A stretch of DNA of 64,000 bases from Candidatus Limnocylindria bacterium. GTDB lineage: Bacteria > Chloroflexota > Limnocylindria > P2-11E. The stretch spans positions 7,983-71,982 of the forward strand of contig JBBRQB010000002.1 in the NCBI GenBank assembly GCA_038227105.1. The letters are read 5' to 3'. The notes beneath the pieces are model-generated. The model saw only the letters and a program-made list of their open reading frames with translations, did no database searches and was not told the DNA's origin. Each line of letters begins with the position of its first letter. Position 1 is the stretch's first letter. Below, in pieces: positions 17,348 through 26,051 of this stretch. Both the position numbers and the translations under genes were made by a program.

Positions 17348-18363
17348 CCTGTCCCCCCCGCGAGCGCCGTGAGCCCCTTGAGCTTGGGGATGATGTCCTT
17401 CCCGTAGGCCTCGAGCTGTTCCTCCTCATCGCCGCTCATCAGGTAGAGGTTGAACTGCGTCATGCCGGCCTCCGCGAGCGCGTGGAGCTTCTCGATCTGC
17501 TCGCTCACGTCGCCCGTCACGCAGAAGCGATCCACCGACTCGTCGTCCACAAAGCCGGCGTTCGACGATCCGGACTCGGCGTGGTGCTTGTAGTCGTAGC
17601 CCGGCCGGTCGCGCACGTAGCGCGTGAGGTCCGCCGGCAGCCCCTGCTCGCCGTACCGGCGGACGAGGTCCACCACGTGGTTGCTCACGAGGGCGGGGAA
17701 CCAACGGACCCGCTCGCGGACGTCACTCTTCCGCCCGATATGCGCGGGCGCCGCGACCATCACCTGCACATCCTGCGGATCGCGCGTGGCCGCGCGCGCA
17801 CCGTCGCGGAGCAGCCCCACGCACCACCCGACCAGGCTCGGGTCGGCGAGCTGGATCACGGCGCCGTCGGCGATGCGGCCGGTGACCGCGAGCGCCTTCG
17901 GGCCGTACCCCGCGATCCACACCGGCAGGTCGTAGGGCTCGGCCCAATCGAACACGAGATCGGTGCCGTCGTACGTCACCGTGCGGCCCTCACAGAGATC
18001 GCGGATCGCGACGGTCGCCGCCTCGAGATCGTCGAGCGTGGTCGGCTTCTTCCCGAGGACGCGGCGCGCCGAATCGCCGCGGCCGATGCCGAGGTCCATG
18101 CGGCCCTTCGAGAGGATCTGGAGCACCGCGAGCGCGCTCGCGGTGACCGAGGGCTCGCGGGTCGCGGGGTTCGTGACGCAGGTCCCGAGCCGGAGCTTCG
18201 TGCTGTTCTGCGCCATCAGCGTCAGCAGCACGTACGGCTCCTTCCAGAGGACGTGGCTGTCGAAGACCCAGCCGTGCGTGAAGCCCGCGTGCTCGGCGAG
18301 CTTCGTCAGCGAGACGACGCGCTCGAGCGAGTGGTCCGGCTTGAGCGTGAACCCGAAGTCCAT
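17344..18363 (-). CDS. LLM-class F420-dependent oxidoreductase (third paralog, Mer/FGD-like)
   Basis: ORF track 339 aa: MDFGFTLKPDHSLERVVSLTKLAEHAGFTHGWVFDSHVLW...IAGYGPKAL...CVTGDVSEQIEKL. Confidence 0.8.
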   Translation of the reverse strand: MDFGFTLKPDHSLERVVSLTKLAEHAGFTHGWVFDSHVLWKEPYVLLTLMAQNSTKLRLGTCVTNPATREPSVTASALAVLQILSKGRMDLGIGRGDSARRVLGKKPTTLDDLEAATVAIRDLCEGRTVTYDGTDLVFDWAEPYDLPVWIAGYGPKALAVTGRIADGAVIQLADPSLVGWCVGLLRDGARAATRDPQDVQVMVAAPAHIGRKSDVRERVRWFPALVSNHVVDLVRRYGEQGLPADLTRYVRDRPGYDYKHHAESGSSNAGFVDDESVDRFCVTGDVSEQIEKLHALAEAGMTQFNLYLMSGDEEEQLEAYGKDIIPKLKGLTALAGGTG

Positions 18364-18375
18364 GAGGCGCTGAGT

Positions 18376-18807
18376 TTAGGGAGAGTCGTCCCCGGCGGGC
18401 GGGTCAGCTGCGCTCCACGCCACCGTCCGCTCCGCCGTGACCTTGACGACGAGGTTGTCGAACAACGGGAGGTCGTCGTACTGCGGGTACTTGGCCGTCA
18501 GCAGGATGAGCGCCTCATCGCGCTCCTGCCCGTCCGCGAGGAGCTCGGCGGGTCCCTCGACCAGCACGTACGCGAGCTGCCGCCAATCCTCGCTCCAGCG
18601 ATCGACGACGAACGCCGCGCGCCCGGTGTCGATGACGTTGCGCACGCGACGAAGCAGCGTCGTGCGCTTGGGCTTCGAGTCGATCGCCGAATACAGCACC
18701 GGCGGCACCCACGCGAAGCACACCGGGACCACATGCGGTCGGCCATCGCCGCTCGCGGTCGCCAGATGGCCGACGCGCGCCGTCGCGAGCAGATCGTTGT
18801 CGCGCAT
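18376..18807 (-). CDS. PPOX-class (pyridoxamine 5'-phosphate oxidase-like) F420-dependent enzyme
   Basis: ORF track 143 aa: ARVGHLATASGDGRPHVVPVCFAW...AAFVVDRWSEDWRQLAYVLVEG (split-barrel FMN/F420-binding pattern). Confidence 0.7.
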   Translation of the reverse strand: MRDNDLLATARVGHLATASGDGRPHVVPVCFAWVPPVLYSAIDSKPKRTTLLRRVRNVIDTGRAAFVVDRWSEDWRQLAYVLVEGPAELLADGQERDEALILLTAKYPQYDDLPLFDNLVVKVTAERTVAWSAADPPAGDDSP

Positions 18808-18836
18808 CGCGCCACGCTATCAGCGACACTTCGGAC

Positions 18837-19592
18837 ATGCCCAACGTCACGCTCATCCCCATCGATGGACTTCCCGAGATCAAGCCGGGCGATGATCTCG
18901 TCGCGATGCTGCTTGCCGCGCTGAAGGCATCGGGTGGATCGCTCCAGCAGGGCGACGTGCTCGCGCTCGCACAGAAGGTCGTGTCGAAAGCCGAGGGCCG
19001 GATCCGCAAGCTCGCCGACGTCGTCGCCGGCCCGGAGGCCGAACGTATGGCCGCGGAGTCGGGCAAAGACGCCAAGAGCCTTCAGGTAGTGCTGGACGAG
19101 ACCGCGCGGATCGTCCGCTGGCAGCGTGGCGTTCTCATCGTCGAAACGAAGCACGGCTTCGTCTGTGCGAACGCGGGCGTGGATCACTCGAACGCCGGCG
19201 CGCCGGACACGTTGATCCTTCTGCCGGTGGATCCCGATGGATCGGCCAGGCGCATCCGGGAGCGGATCAAGGGCGAGGCGGGGGTCGACGTGCCGGTCAT
19301 CATCACCGACACGTTCGGGCGGGCCTGGCGCGAAGGTCACGTGAACGTCGCGATCGGCATCAGCGGCCTGCCCGCCCTGCGCCGCTACATCGGCGAGTTC
19401 GACCCCGACGGCTACGAGATGCGCGTGACCGAGATCGCCATCGCGGACGAGATCGCGGCCGCGACCGAGCTCGTGATGGGGAAGCTCGACCGCCGGCCCG
19501 CTGCCATCGTGCGCGGTCTGCCGCTGCCCGCCGACGGCAGCGAGACCGCACATACGTACGTGCGACCGCACGACCGGGACATGTTCCGCTAG
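18837..19592 (+). CDS. cofE: Coenzyme F420-0:L-glutamate ligase
   Basis: ORF track 251 aa: VLALAQKVVSKAEGR...GFVCANAGVDHSNAGAPDTLILLP...ITDTFGRAWREG are CofE/FbiB N-domain motifs. Confidence 0.8.
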   Translation: MPNVTLIPIDGLPEIKPGDDLVAMLLAALKASGGSLQQGDVLALAQKVVSKAEGRIRKLADVVAGPEAERMAAESGKDAKSLQVVLDETARIVRWQRGVLIVETKHGFVCANAGVDHSNAGAPDTLILLPVDPDGSARRIRERIKGEAGVDVPVIITDTFGRAWREGHVNVAIGISGLPALRRYIGEFDPDGYEMRVTEIAIADEIAAATELVMGKLDRRPAAIVRGLPLPADGSETAHTYVRPHDRDMFR

Positions 19593-19765
19593 CAGTACCG
19601 TTCCCTCAGCGTTCACCTCTCGCGCGCCGATCCACACGAGGCGTCGATATGGGCTCAGCGTTTCATCGAACGAGCGGACAGCGGACAGTTGCACGCCGCT
19701 CGCCCCTCGTTGTCACTGACTGGAGACTTCCCCTCGACCCACCGCTGACTCGATAGTGCGAAGGC

Positions 19766-20725
19766 ATGGGAAGGGTCGCGCGCGCGACGCTGGTCGCGCT
19801 GCTTTCGCTCGCCGCGCTCGCGCAACCGCTCGCCATCAGGGCTGCTGCGGACACGGTCGCATACCCGGGCATGGCCTGGCTGCCTGCCGCGACTGGCAAC
19901 TACGACGTCGGCCGTCGCGGTAGCCCGGTCAGCTTCATCGTGATCCACGACACCGAGATCAACTACGTGTCCACGCTGCGGGCGTTCCAGAATCCGGCCT
20001 CGCGGCGGAGCGCGCACTACGTGATCAGCGGCAACGGCGCGGTGACGCAGATGGTCCCGGAGTCCGATACCGCCTGGCACGCGGGCAACTACGCCTACAA
20101 CCTGCGGTCCATCGGTATCGAGCACGAGCTCGATCGGGTGACCAACCCGTTCTTCACCGAGGCCGAGTACCAGGCGTCGGCCGCACTGGTCTGCGCGATC
20201 GCGTCGCGCTACGGGATCCAGATCGACCGGGCCCACATCTTCGGCCACAGCGAAGTCCCGCTCGCCACGCATACCGACCCCGGACCGACGTGGAACTGGC
20301 CGCACTACATGTGGCTGTTGTCCCAGTGCGCGGATCCGCACAGCATGCTGTCGAGCTTCCACTCCGCGTTCGCTGGACAGTCGGTGCCTGACGCCATCGC
20401 CGCGGGCACGGTCGGGAACGTGACGCTCACGATCCGGAACACGGGCACGCGAGCGTGGGTGCGCGGCACTGCGACCGAGGCGCGGCTGGGGATCCCGCGC
20501 GACGATCGGGTCTACGCGACCGCGGTGACACCCGCGGTCTGGCTCATGCCGACGCGGCCCGCGGCCCAGACCGAGGCGGTCGTGCCGCCCGGCAGTGTCG
20601 CCACGTTCACGTTCCCGGTCGGCGGGTCGCGCGCCGGCGTCTACCGGATCCCGCTGCGCCCCGTGATCGATGGTCTCCTCTGGCTCGAAGACCAGGGCAT
20701 GTTCGTCGATGTGACCGTCCGCTAG
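19766..20725 (+). CDS. Secreted N-acetylmuramoyl-L-alanine amidase (Amidase_2/PGRP fold) with C-terminal extra domain
   Basis: ORF track 319 aa: signal peptide MGRVARATLVALLSLAALAQPLAIRAAAD, then FIVIHDTE...HYVISGNGAVTQMVPESDTAWHAGN...IFGHSE (zinc amidase motifs). GAAGG precedes the ATG. Confidence 0.85.
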   Translation: MGRVARATLVALLSLAALAQPLAIRAAADTVAYPGMAWLPAATGNYDVGRRGSPVSFIVIHDTEINYVSTLRAFQNPASRRSAHYVISGNGAVTQMVPESDTAWHAGNYAYNLRSIGIEHELDRVTNPFFTEAEYQASAALVCAIASRYGIQIDRAHIFGHSEVPLATHTDPGPTWNWPHYMWLLSQCADPHSMLSSFHSAFAGQSVPDAIAAGTVGNVTLTIRNTGTRAWVRGTATEARLGIPRDDRVYATAVTPAVWLMPTRPAAQTEAVVPPGSVATFTFPVGGSRAGVYRIPLRPVIDGLLWLEDQGMFVDVTVR

Positions 20726-20731
20726 ATACCA

Positions 20732-20763
20732 GGAGACCCCGACCATCGTCAGCCGGGGTCTCC
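20732..20763. terminator. Hairpin between convergent genes
   Basis: GGAGACCCC-gaccatcgtcagcc-GGGGTCTCC, directly after the amidase TAG (20723-20725) and before the zinc-ribbon gene stop (20790). Weak T-tract. Confidence 0.5.
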
Positions 20764-20789
20764 TCGTCGTTCGTGGGGGTCGGACGGCT

Positions 20790-21134
20790 CTAGTAGCGGG
20801 CTCCGCGCGAGGCCGACGGCCGGACCTGCTCGAAGCACGAGCTGCAGTAGACCGGCTTGTCGCCGCGGGGCTGGAACGGAACGCGCGCCTCACCGCCGCA
20901 GTTGCTGCACGTCGCGGTGAAGAACTCGCGCGGGCCACCCATGCCACGGCCGCCACCGGCGGCGTCGCCACCACTCGCGCCGCCGCCGGACGACCGGCGC
21001 GCCGCGCGGCACGACGGGCAACGGCCCGGCTCGTTCACGAGACCGCGGGACTGGTAGAACTCCTGCTCCCCGCCGGTCCAGATGAATTCCTGACTGCAGT
21101 CCTTGCAGGTCAGGGTCTTGTCAGAGAAGCTCAC
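20790..21134 (-). CDS. Double zinc-ribbon protein with Gly-rich linker
   Basis: ORF track frame 20790..21320, trimmed to in-frame GTG (V63) preceded by AAGGGAGGA. VSFSDKTLTCKDCSQEF...GRCPSCRAARRSSGGGASGGDAAGGGRGMGG...ATCSNCGGEARVPF...VYCSSCFEQ (two CxxC...CxxC units). Confidence 0.6.
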   Translation of the reverse strand: MSFSDKTLTCKDCSQEFIWTGGEQEFYQSRGLVNEPGRCPSCRAARRSSGGGASGGDAAGGGRGMGGPREFFTATCSNCGGEARVPFQPRGDKPVYCSSCFEQVRPSASRGARY

Positions 21135-21231
21135 AGTGAAGCTTCCTCCCTTTCTGTGCTGGCTCTCGAGCCTCGCTCGGTCTCGGGAGGACTGCCTCAC
21201 TCGACGCTCGCGTTGGGGACTCTTGCAGCCG

Positions 21232-21798
21232 CTACCCTCCTGTGGAGGGCGGGGAGAAAGTAGCAGAGGGGCTGTCGGGCGAAAAGACCTCGCCCAGCCA
21301 ATCGTCGTACCACTGGCCACTGCGGAAGACGTAGCGCTTCATGAGGCCCATCTGCGTGTAGCCGGCCTTCTCGTTGCCGCGCCGGCTTCCCCGGTTGCGG
21401 AGCGAGATCCAGTTGTGGACGCGCCGCAGGCCGAGCTCCCGCCACGCGAACTCCGTCCGGAGGCGGATCGCCTCGCTCGCGATGCCCTTGCCGTAGAGGT
21501 CGTGGCGGCCGATGAAGATGCCGCTCTCGCCATCACGGGCGATCCAGTCGATCCCGAAGATCCCGGTGAAGCCGACGGTCTCGTCGCCGTACGCGATCGA
21601 CCACGTGATGCTCGTGGTCGAGTCGGCGTCCTTCTTGTGGCGCTCCTCGAACGCCTCATCCCGGACGTCGGCGATGCGGCCGCCCCAGAAACGCGACGTC
21701 TCGGGCTCCAGCATCCAGCGCACGAACGTCTTGTGATCCTCGAGCGTCGGCGTGCGCAGCGAGATGCCGTTCGCGCCGACGATCCTGGGTCCGAACAT
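21232..21798 (-). CDS. GNAT family N-acetyltransferase (RimJ/RimL-like)
   Basis: ORF track frame 21232..21864, start at ATG M23 (MFGPRIVGANGISLRTPTLEDHKTFVRWM...). ...GFTGIFGIDWIARDGESGIFIGRHDLYGKGIASEAIRL is an acetyl-CoA-binding motif. Its start lies 2 nt after the upstream GNAT's TAG. Confidence 0.8.
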   Translation of the reverse strand: MFGPRIVGANGISLRTPTLEDHKTFVRWMLEPETSRFWGGRIADVRDEAFEERHKKDADSTTSITWSIAYGDETVGFTGIFGIDWIARDGESGIFIGRHDLYGKGIASEAIRLRTEFAWRELGLRRVHNWISLRNRGSRRGNEKAGYTQMGLMKRYVFRSGQWYDDWLGEVFSPDSPSATFSPPSTGG

Positions 21799-21800
21799 CT

Positions 21801-22415
21801 CTAGAGGGCCTTTTCGTCGCCGAGCGGCGGATACTCGCGCTCGTTCGGCCAGCGCTCGTTCCAAGTCGGGAGCTCCATCTGGTAGAGGTACTGATCGACG
21901 TACGCGCCGTCACGGTAGTAGACGGCATGCCCATGGCCGAAACGCTCGTAGCCGAGCTTCTCGAGGATGCGCTGTCGCCCGATGTCATCCGCGGCGATGC
22001 CGTCGACGACCGCCATGCGGAGGTTCATGAAGTCGAAGATCCAGCGGTGCAGCGCGAGCGCGGCGTCCCAGCCGTACCCCTTGCGCTCGTGATCCGGATC
22101 GATGACCAGCTGATGGAGGATCACCTTGTCCGAGTGCGGCGCACCCTCGAAGCTGAGACGGACATAGCCGGCCAGCGAGTCACCGGCACCGCCGGCGCCG
22201 CCAGCATCAATGGACCACAGCACCGACGTCTTCTCCTTCGCCTGCTCGGCCCAACGCTCCTTCCAGGTCTCCGTCGCGGCCGGCTCGTGCCAGCGGCCGA
22301 TCGGTCCGGCGCGGCGGACACGCATGTCGGCCGCCCAGCGCTTGTGCGCATCGAGGTCCGCGTCCCTTGGCAGGCGCAGCGTCGTCTTCGTGCCGCGCAC
22401 CACTCCACCGAACAT
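21801..22415 (-). CDS. GNAT family N-acetyltransferase (second, tandem)
   Basis: ORF track 204 aa: ...VILHQLVIDPDHERKGYGWDAALALHRWIFDFMNLRMAVVDG... Confidence 0.75.
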   Translation of the reverse strand: MFGGVVRGTKTTLRLPRDADLDAHKRWAADMRVRRAGPIGRWHEPAATETWKERWAEQAKEKTSVLWSIDAGGAGGAGDSLAGYVRLSFEGAPHSDKVILHQLVIDPDHERKGYGWDAALALHRWIFDFMNLRMAVVDGIAADDIGRQRILEKLGYERFGHGHAVYYRDGAYVDQYLYQMELPTWNERWPNEREYPPLGDEKAL

Positions 22416-22424
22416 GCGGCGAGT

Positions 22425-23834
22425 CTACGAAGTCGCGGCAGCGGGGAGATGGATCGCGAACTCGGCGCCGCCGCCCGGCGCGTTGCGCGCCTGGATCGAG
22501 CCACCGTGCGCCTGCGCGATCGCCTGCGCGATCGCGAGGCCGAGACCCGCACCGCTGCGGGCTTGCGCGTTGTCACCGCGCCAGAACCGCGAGAAAAGCC
22601 GGCGCTCGGTCCCCGGCAGCAGGCCGGTCCCCTGATCGCGGACCCGCACCACGACCTCGCCCTGCTGCTGCTCGCCATCGACGCTCACCGTGGCGCCGCG
22701 GGGCGAGTGCTTCACCGCGTTGTCCAGCACGTTGATGAAGAGCTGCGAGAGCCGGTCGGGATCGCCGATGACCGGCAGCGCGTCGGCATGGACGTCGAAC
22801 GCGACGCCCGCCTCTCTTGCCTGGACGTCCAGCGCGGCGACCGCGCCGCGGAGCAGCTCCGAGGCGCCGACGGATTCGCGCGCGAGCAGCTGCACGCCGG
22901 CCTCGAGCTTCGCGACCTGCAGAAGTCCCTCGACCATCCGAACGAGACGGCGCGATTCACGCTGGATGATCTCCGCGGCGCGCGGGATGCCCTCGTCGCG
23001 CGCTTCGCCGTCGACGATCGCCTGCGCGAACCCGTGGATCGACGTCAGCGGCGTTCGCAGCTCGTGCGAGATGTCGGCGAGGAACGCCTGCTCGCTCGCG
23101 CGCGCCCGCTCGATCTCGATAGCCATCTCGTTGAACGCCGCACCGAGCTCGCGCACCTCGTACGGCCCGGCGACCGTGACGCGCGCGCGGTGGTCGGTCG
23201 CGAACGCGCGGACCCCGCCGACAAGCCGCCGCAGCGGCCGCGTGATGGTGCGCGAGAGCAGACCGGCGACGACGAGCGCGAAACCGGCGGAGATGACGCC
23301 GGCGATCACGAGCGACGGCAGGAGCGCCCGGATCACGTCCGCGTACACGGCGCGCGGCCGCGCGACGACGACGAAGCCCTGGCCGCCCGCGCCGAGCGAC
23401 GGGGTGCGCAGCTGCTGCTGCGCGAAGATCCAGACCACTCCGCTCGTATCGGTGAACTGTCCGATCCCCGTCGCGTCGGGCAGCGGCAGCCGGGTGTTGA
23501 GGAGCGTGCCTTCGGTGTCGATGAGCACCCGTCGTTGCGCGTTATTCGTCTGCGGGTTGCTGCCGGGGCTCACGATCAAGAGGCGAGCGTTGGCTGACTG
23601 GACCTGATCCTCGATCGACTGGAGGGCGTCGCGCGGTGCCTGTCCGTTCCGAACCGCCGTCTGGATCGCGGTCTGCAGCGGTGCCGCCAGCTCCTGGAGG
23701 CGGATGTGGGCGACATCGTTCTCGTACTTGAAGAGGAGGCCGCCGATCGCGAGCCCCGCCACGATCAGACCGACCGATACGACCGCGAGGTAGGAGAGGA
23801 ACAGACGGCCGCCGACGCCGCGGAACGGTCTCAC
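22425..23834 (-). CDS. Sensor histidine kinase (TM, HAMP, HisKA, HATPase_c)
   Basis: ORF track frame 22425..24422, trimmed to GTG (V197) that overlaps the RR stop (GTGA). MRPFRGVGGRLFLSYLAVVSVGLIVAGLAIGG (TM)...[20 protein letters not shown] (H-box)...GAGLGLAIAQAIAQAHGG (G2). The upstream part of the long ORF is antisense to the RR. Confidence 0.85.
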   Translation of the reverse strand: MRPFRGVGGRLFLSYLAVVSVGLIVAGLAIGGLLFKYENDVAHIRLQELAAPLQTAIQTAVRNGQAPRDALQSIEDQVQSANARLLIVSPGSNPQTNNAQRRVLIDTEGTLLNTRLPLPDATGIGQFTDTSGVVWIFAQQQLRTPSLGAGGQGFVVVARPRAVYADVIRALLPSLVIAGVISAGFALVVAGLLSRTITRPLRRLVGGVRAFATDHRARVTVAGPYEVRELGAAFNEMAIEIERARASEQAFLADISHELRTPLTSIHGFAQAIVDGEARDEGIPRAAEIIQRESRRLVRMVEGLLQVAKLEAGVQLLARESVGASELLRGAVAALDVQAREAGVAFDVHADALPVIGDPDRLSQLFINVLDNAVKHSPRGATVSVDGEQQQGEVVVRVRDQGTGLLPGTERRLFSRFWRGDNAQARSGAGLGLAIAQAIAQAHGGSIQARNAPGGGAEFAIHLPAAATS

Positions 23835-24517
23835 GTGCTCGACCCCGGTGGCACCAGCTTGTAGCCAACGCCCCAGACAGTCTCGATCTTCGCGTTCATC
23901 CCGCTCAGCTTGTCGCGCAGCTGCTTCACGTGGACATCGACCGTGCGCGTCTCGCCGGGATACGCGAAGCCCCACACGTTCTCGAGGAGCTTGTCGCGCG
24001 TCAGCACGATGCCCGGCTGGCGGCAGAACGCCTGCAGCAGCTCGAACTCCTTGGCGCGCAGCGAGACCGGCAGCCCGGCGACCACGACCTCGTGGCGGGC
24101 GGGATCGAGCGTGAGGTTGCCGATCTCGAGTGGTCGTGTGCCGCTGCTGCCCGTTGCGCGCCGGATGACCGCATGGACGCGGGCCACGAGCTCGCGCGGG
24201 TTGAACGGCTTGGTGAGGTAATCGTCGAGCCCCGCGTCGAGGCCGGCGACCTTCTGGACGTCCTCGGCTCGCGCGGTCAGTGCGATGACCGGCGAGTCGT
24301 GCAGGCGCCGCAGCTCCGCGAAGAGGGCGAGGCCGTCGGCGTCGGGGAGGCCGAGATCGAGGATCACGCACGCGGGTGCCGCCTGCGCGAACGCGACGCG
24401 CGCCGCGGCAGCGGTCGGGCACAGCTCCACGACGAAGCCGGCATTCTTCAGATACAGGCTGACGAGCTCGGCGACCGAGCCATCATCCTCGACGACAACG
24501 ACGCGCGTCCCGCTCAT
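23831..24517 (-). CDS. OmpR/PhoB-family response regulator
   Basis: ORF track frame 23831..25603, trimmed to ATG 24517. MSGTRVVVVEDDGSVAELVSLYLKNAGF...VILDLGLPDADG...YLTKPFNPRELVARV (REC) plus C-terminal winged helix LTRDKLLENVWG...VDVHVKQLRDKL. Confidence 0.9.
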   Translation of the reverse strand: MSGTRVVVVEDDGSVAELVSLYLKNAGFVVELCPTAAAARVAFAQAAPACVILDLGLPDADGLALFAELRRLHDSPVIALTARAEDVQKVAGLDAGLDDYLTKPFNPRELVARVHAVIRRATGSSGTRPLEIGNLTLDPARHEVVVAGLPVSLRAKEFELLQAFCRQPGIVLTRDKLLENVWGFAYPGETRTVDVHVKQLRDKLSGMNAKIETVWGVGYKLVPPGSST

Positions 24518-24541
24518 CCTTCGAATGCTAGTGTCCGCGCG

Positions 24542-25363
24542 TTGCCTGAACGCCCGCTCGTCCTCGCGACGATCCTCGCGCACCCGGACGACGAGACGTT
24601 CGGTGTCGGCGGCACTCTCATCAGATACACCGACGCCGGCATCCTGTGTCACAGCCTCTCCCTGACCCGCGGCGAGGCCGGCCAGAGCGGGGTCGCCGGC
24701 GCCCCGCCGATCGTGCCGGAGCGCCTGGGCCAGATCCGCGCGGCCGAGCTCGCGGAGTCCGGCCGGCGCATGGGCATCGCGTCGACGACCGCATTCACGT
24801 ATCCCGATGGCAAGCTCGCGGACGCGCCGGCCGATGACGTCATCCGCGACATCGTCCGCTGGCTCCGCTCGGCGCGTCCGGATGTCGTCATCACCTGGGG
24901 GCCGGACGGCGGCTATGGGCATTCGGATCACATCGCGGCCGGGGAGCTGGCCCTGCGCGCGATCGCGCTCGCCGGTGTTGCACGGCACGAGCCTGAGCTG
25001 GGGGAGCACGTCCACGTGCGGCGCGGCTACCGGATGGTCGCAGCCGCCGAGCTGTTCGACCGTCTGCGCGAGCTCACTCCCGACTTCGCGGCGTACATGG
25101 ATACGCTGCCGGTCAAACCGATGCGCTGGGAGCGGGCGACCCTCGGCGCCGCGATCGACATCCGTGCTGTCGCCGATCGGAAGTGGCACGCGATGCTCGC
25201 GCACGCCACACAGCAGCAGGACCTCGATCGCTTCGCGGGCCTGCGCGATCAGATCGATTTCATCGGGAGCGAGGAGACGTTCATCCGGGCATTCCCGGAT
25301 CCCGGTGGTCCGCCGCTCGAGACCGACCTCTTTGCCGCGTTGCGGGAGCCGGCTACGCCGTAA
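24542..25363 (+). CDS. PIG-L/LmbE-family deacetylase (MshB/Mca-like)
   Basis: ORF track frame 23930..25363, trimmed to TTG 24542. (M)PERPLVLATILAHPDDETFGVGGTL...VITWGPDGGYGHSDH (LmbE zinc motifs HPDDE / HxDH). Confidence 0.75.
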   Translation: MPERPLVLATILAHPDDETFGVGGTLIRYTDAGILCHSLSLTRGEAGQSGVAGAPPIVPERLGQIRAAELAESGRRMGIASTTAFTYPDGKLADAPADDVIRDIVRWLRSARPDVVITWGPDGGYGHSDHIAAGELALRAIALAGVARHEPELGEHVHVRRGYRMVAAAELFDRLRELTPDFAAYMDTLPVKPMRWERATLGAAIDIRAVADRKWHAMLAHATQQQDLDRFAGLRDQIDFIGSEETFIRAFPDPGGPPLETDLFAALREPATP

Positions 25364-26051
25364 CGACCGCCAGGGGATGCATGAGCGCGTCGGCGACCGC
25401 ATGGACCTGATTGGCCGACGCGACCCAGCGCGGCGAGCGGTCCCTGATCTCGTGCGCGAGCGCGCTGATGCCGCACACGACCGGCACGGTCGAGCTCGCG
25501 CAGTCGTTACCCGACCCGCGCTCGAGCAGCACGTACGCATCGACGGTCGTCCGGATGTGCCCGCCGCCTGAGATGTCGCTGCGCACGCGCGCAGCATGAT
25601 CACGTGCGCGTCGCGATGGCGACACCGCGAGGTGATGCATCCCCTGCGGCTCGACGCGGTGCCAGCCGTCGCGGTAGCAACCGAAGTGCGCGTCCTCGCT
25701 GAGCGGTTCGATCACGAAGATGCCGGACGGTCCGACGACGACGAGCGGGACGACATCGGATCCGTCGTGCGGGGTGTACTCGGTCAGCACGACGTACTCG
25801 GGGCCGAGCTCGTGCATCAGTCCGCCCGCGACCCGCTCAGCGAGCTGCCCGCCGCTTCGCGCGCCGAACGCGCGCGCACACTCGCGGATGGCGAGGATCA
25901 GCGGCGGGATCATGAGCACAGCGCTGTACGGTCCGGCCAGCTCGTTCGCCACGGCAGCAGTGCCGAGCGAGAGCGCCAGCCAGAAGCACGCGGCGCGCAG
26001 ATTGCGGCGCCAGCGCACGGGTCGTGTCGCCCTGGAAGCAAGGATCGCCAC
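25353..26051 (-). CDS. NERD (nuclease-related domain) protein with N-terminal TM helices
   Basis: ORF track 232 aa: two hydrophobic helices (LRAACFWLALSLGTAAVA, VLMIPPLILAI), then ...YVVLTEYTPHDGSDVVPLVVVGPSGIFVIE..., a typical NERD core. Confidence 0.6.
   Translation of the reverse strand: MAILASRATRPVRWRRNLRAACFWLALSLGTAAVANELAGPYSAVLMIPPLILAIRECARAFGARSGGQLAERVAGGLMHELGPEYVVLTEYTPHDGSDVVPLVVVGPSGIFVIEPLSEDAHFGCYRDGWHRVEPQGMHHLAVSPSRRARDHAARVRSDISGGGHIRTTVDAYVLLERGSGNDCASSTVPVVCGISALAHEIRDRSPRWVASANQVHAVADALMHPLAVVTA

Noticed and set aside
19593-19765. Possible riboswitch (e.g. ydaO/c-di-AMP) upstream of the cell-wall amidase
   Set aside because: The 170-bp leader has repeated CCCCTCG and GCGGACAG elements, but I could not match the ydaO consensus (GGGGA / ACGGGGUGAAUC-type elements) on the coding strand. 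Left unassigned.
19655-20974. 439-aa minus-strand ORF, and similar long Arg/Pro/Gly-rich ORFs (e.g. 2029..2793, 6403..7383, 7982..8740, 9596..10345, 17482..18924, 21927..23597, 25910..27430, 30345..32297, 34803..36197, 48703..50751)
   Set aside because: They are antisense or out-of-frame shadows of well-supported genes in ~70% GC DNA. Their translations are low-complexity (R/A/G/P-rich) with no domain-like patterns.
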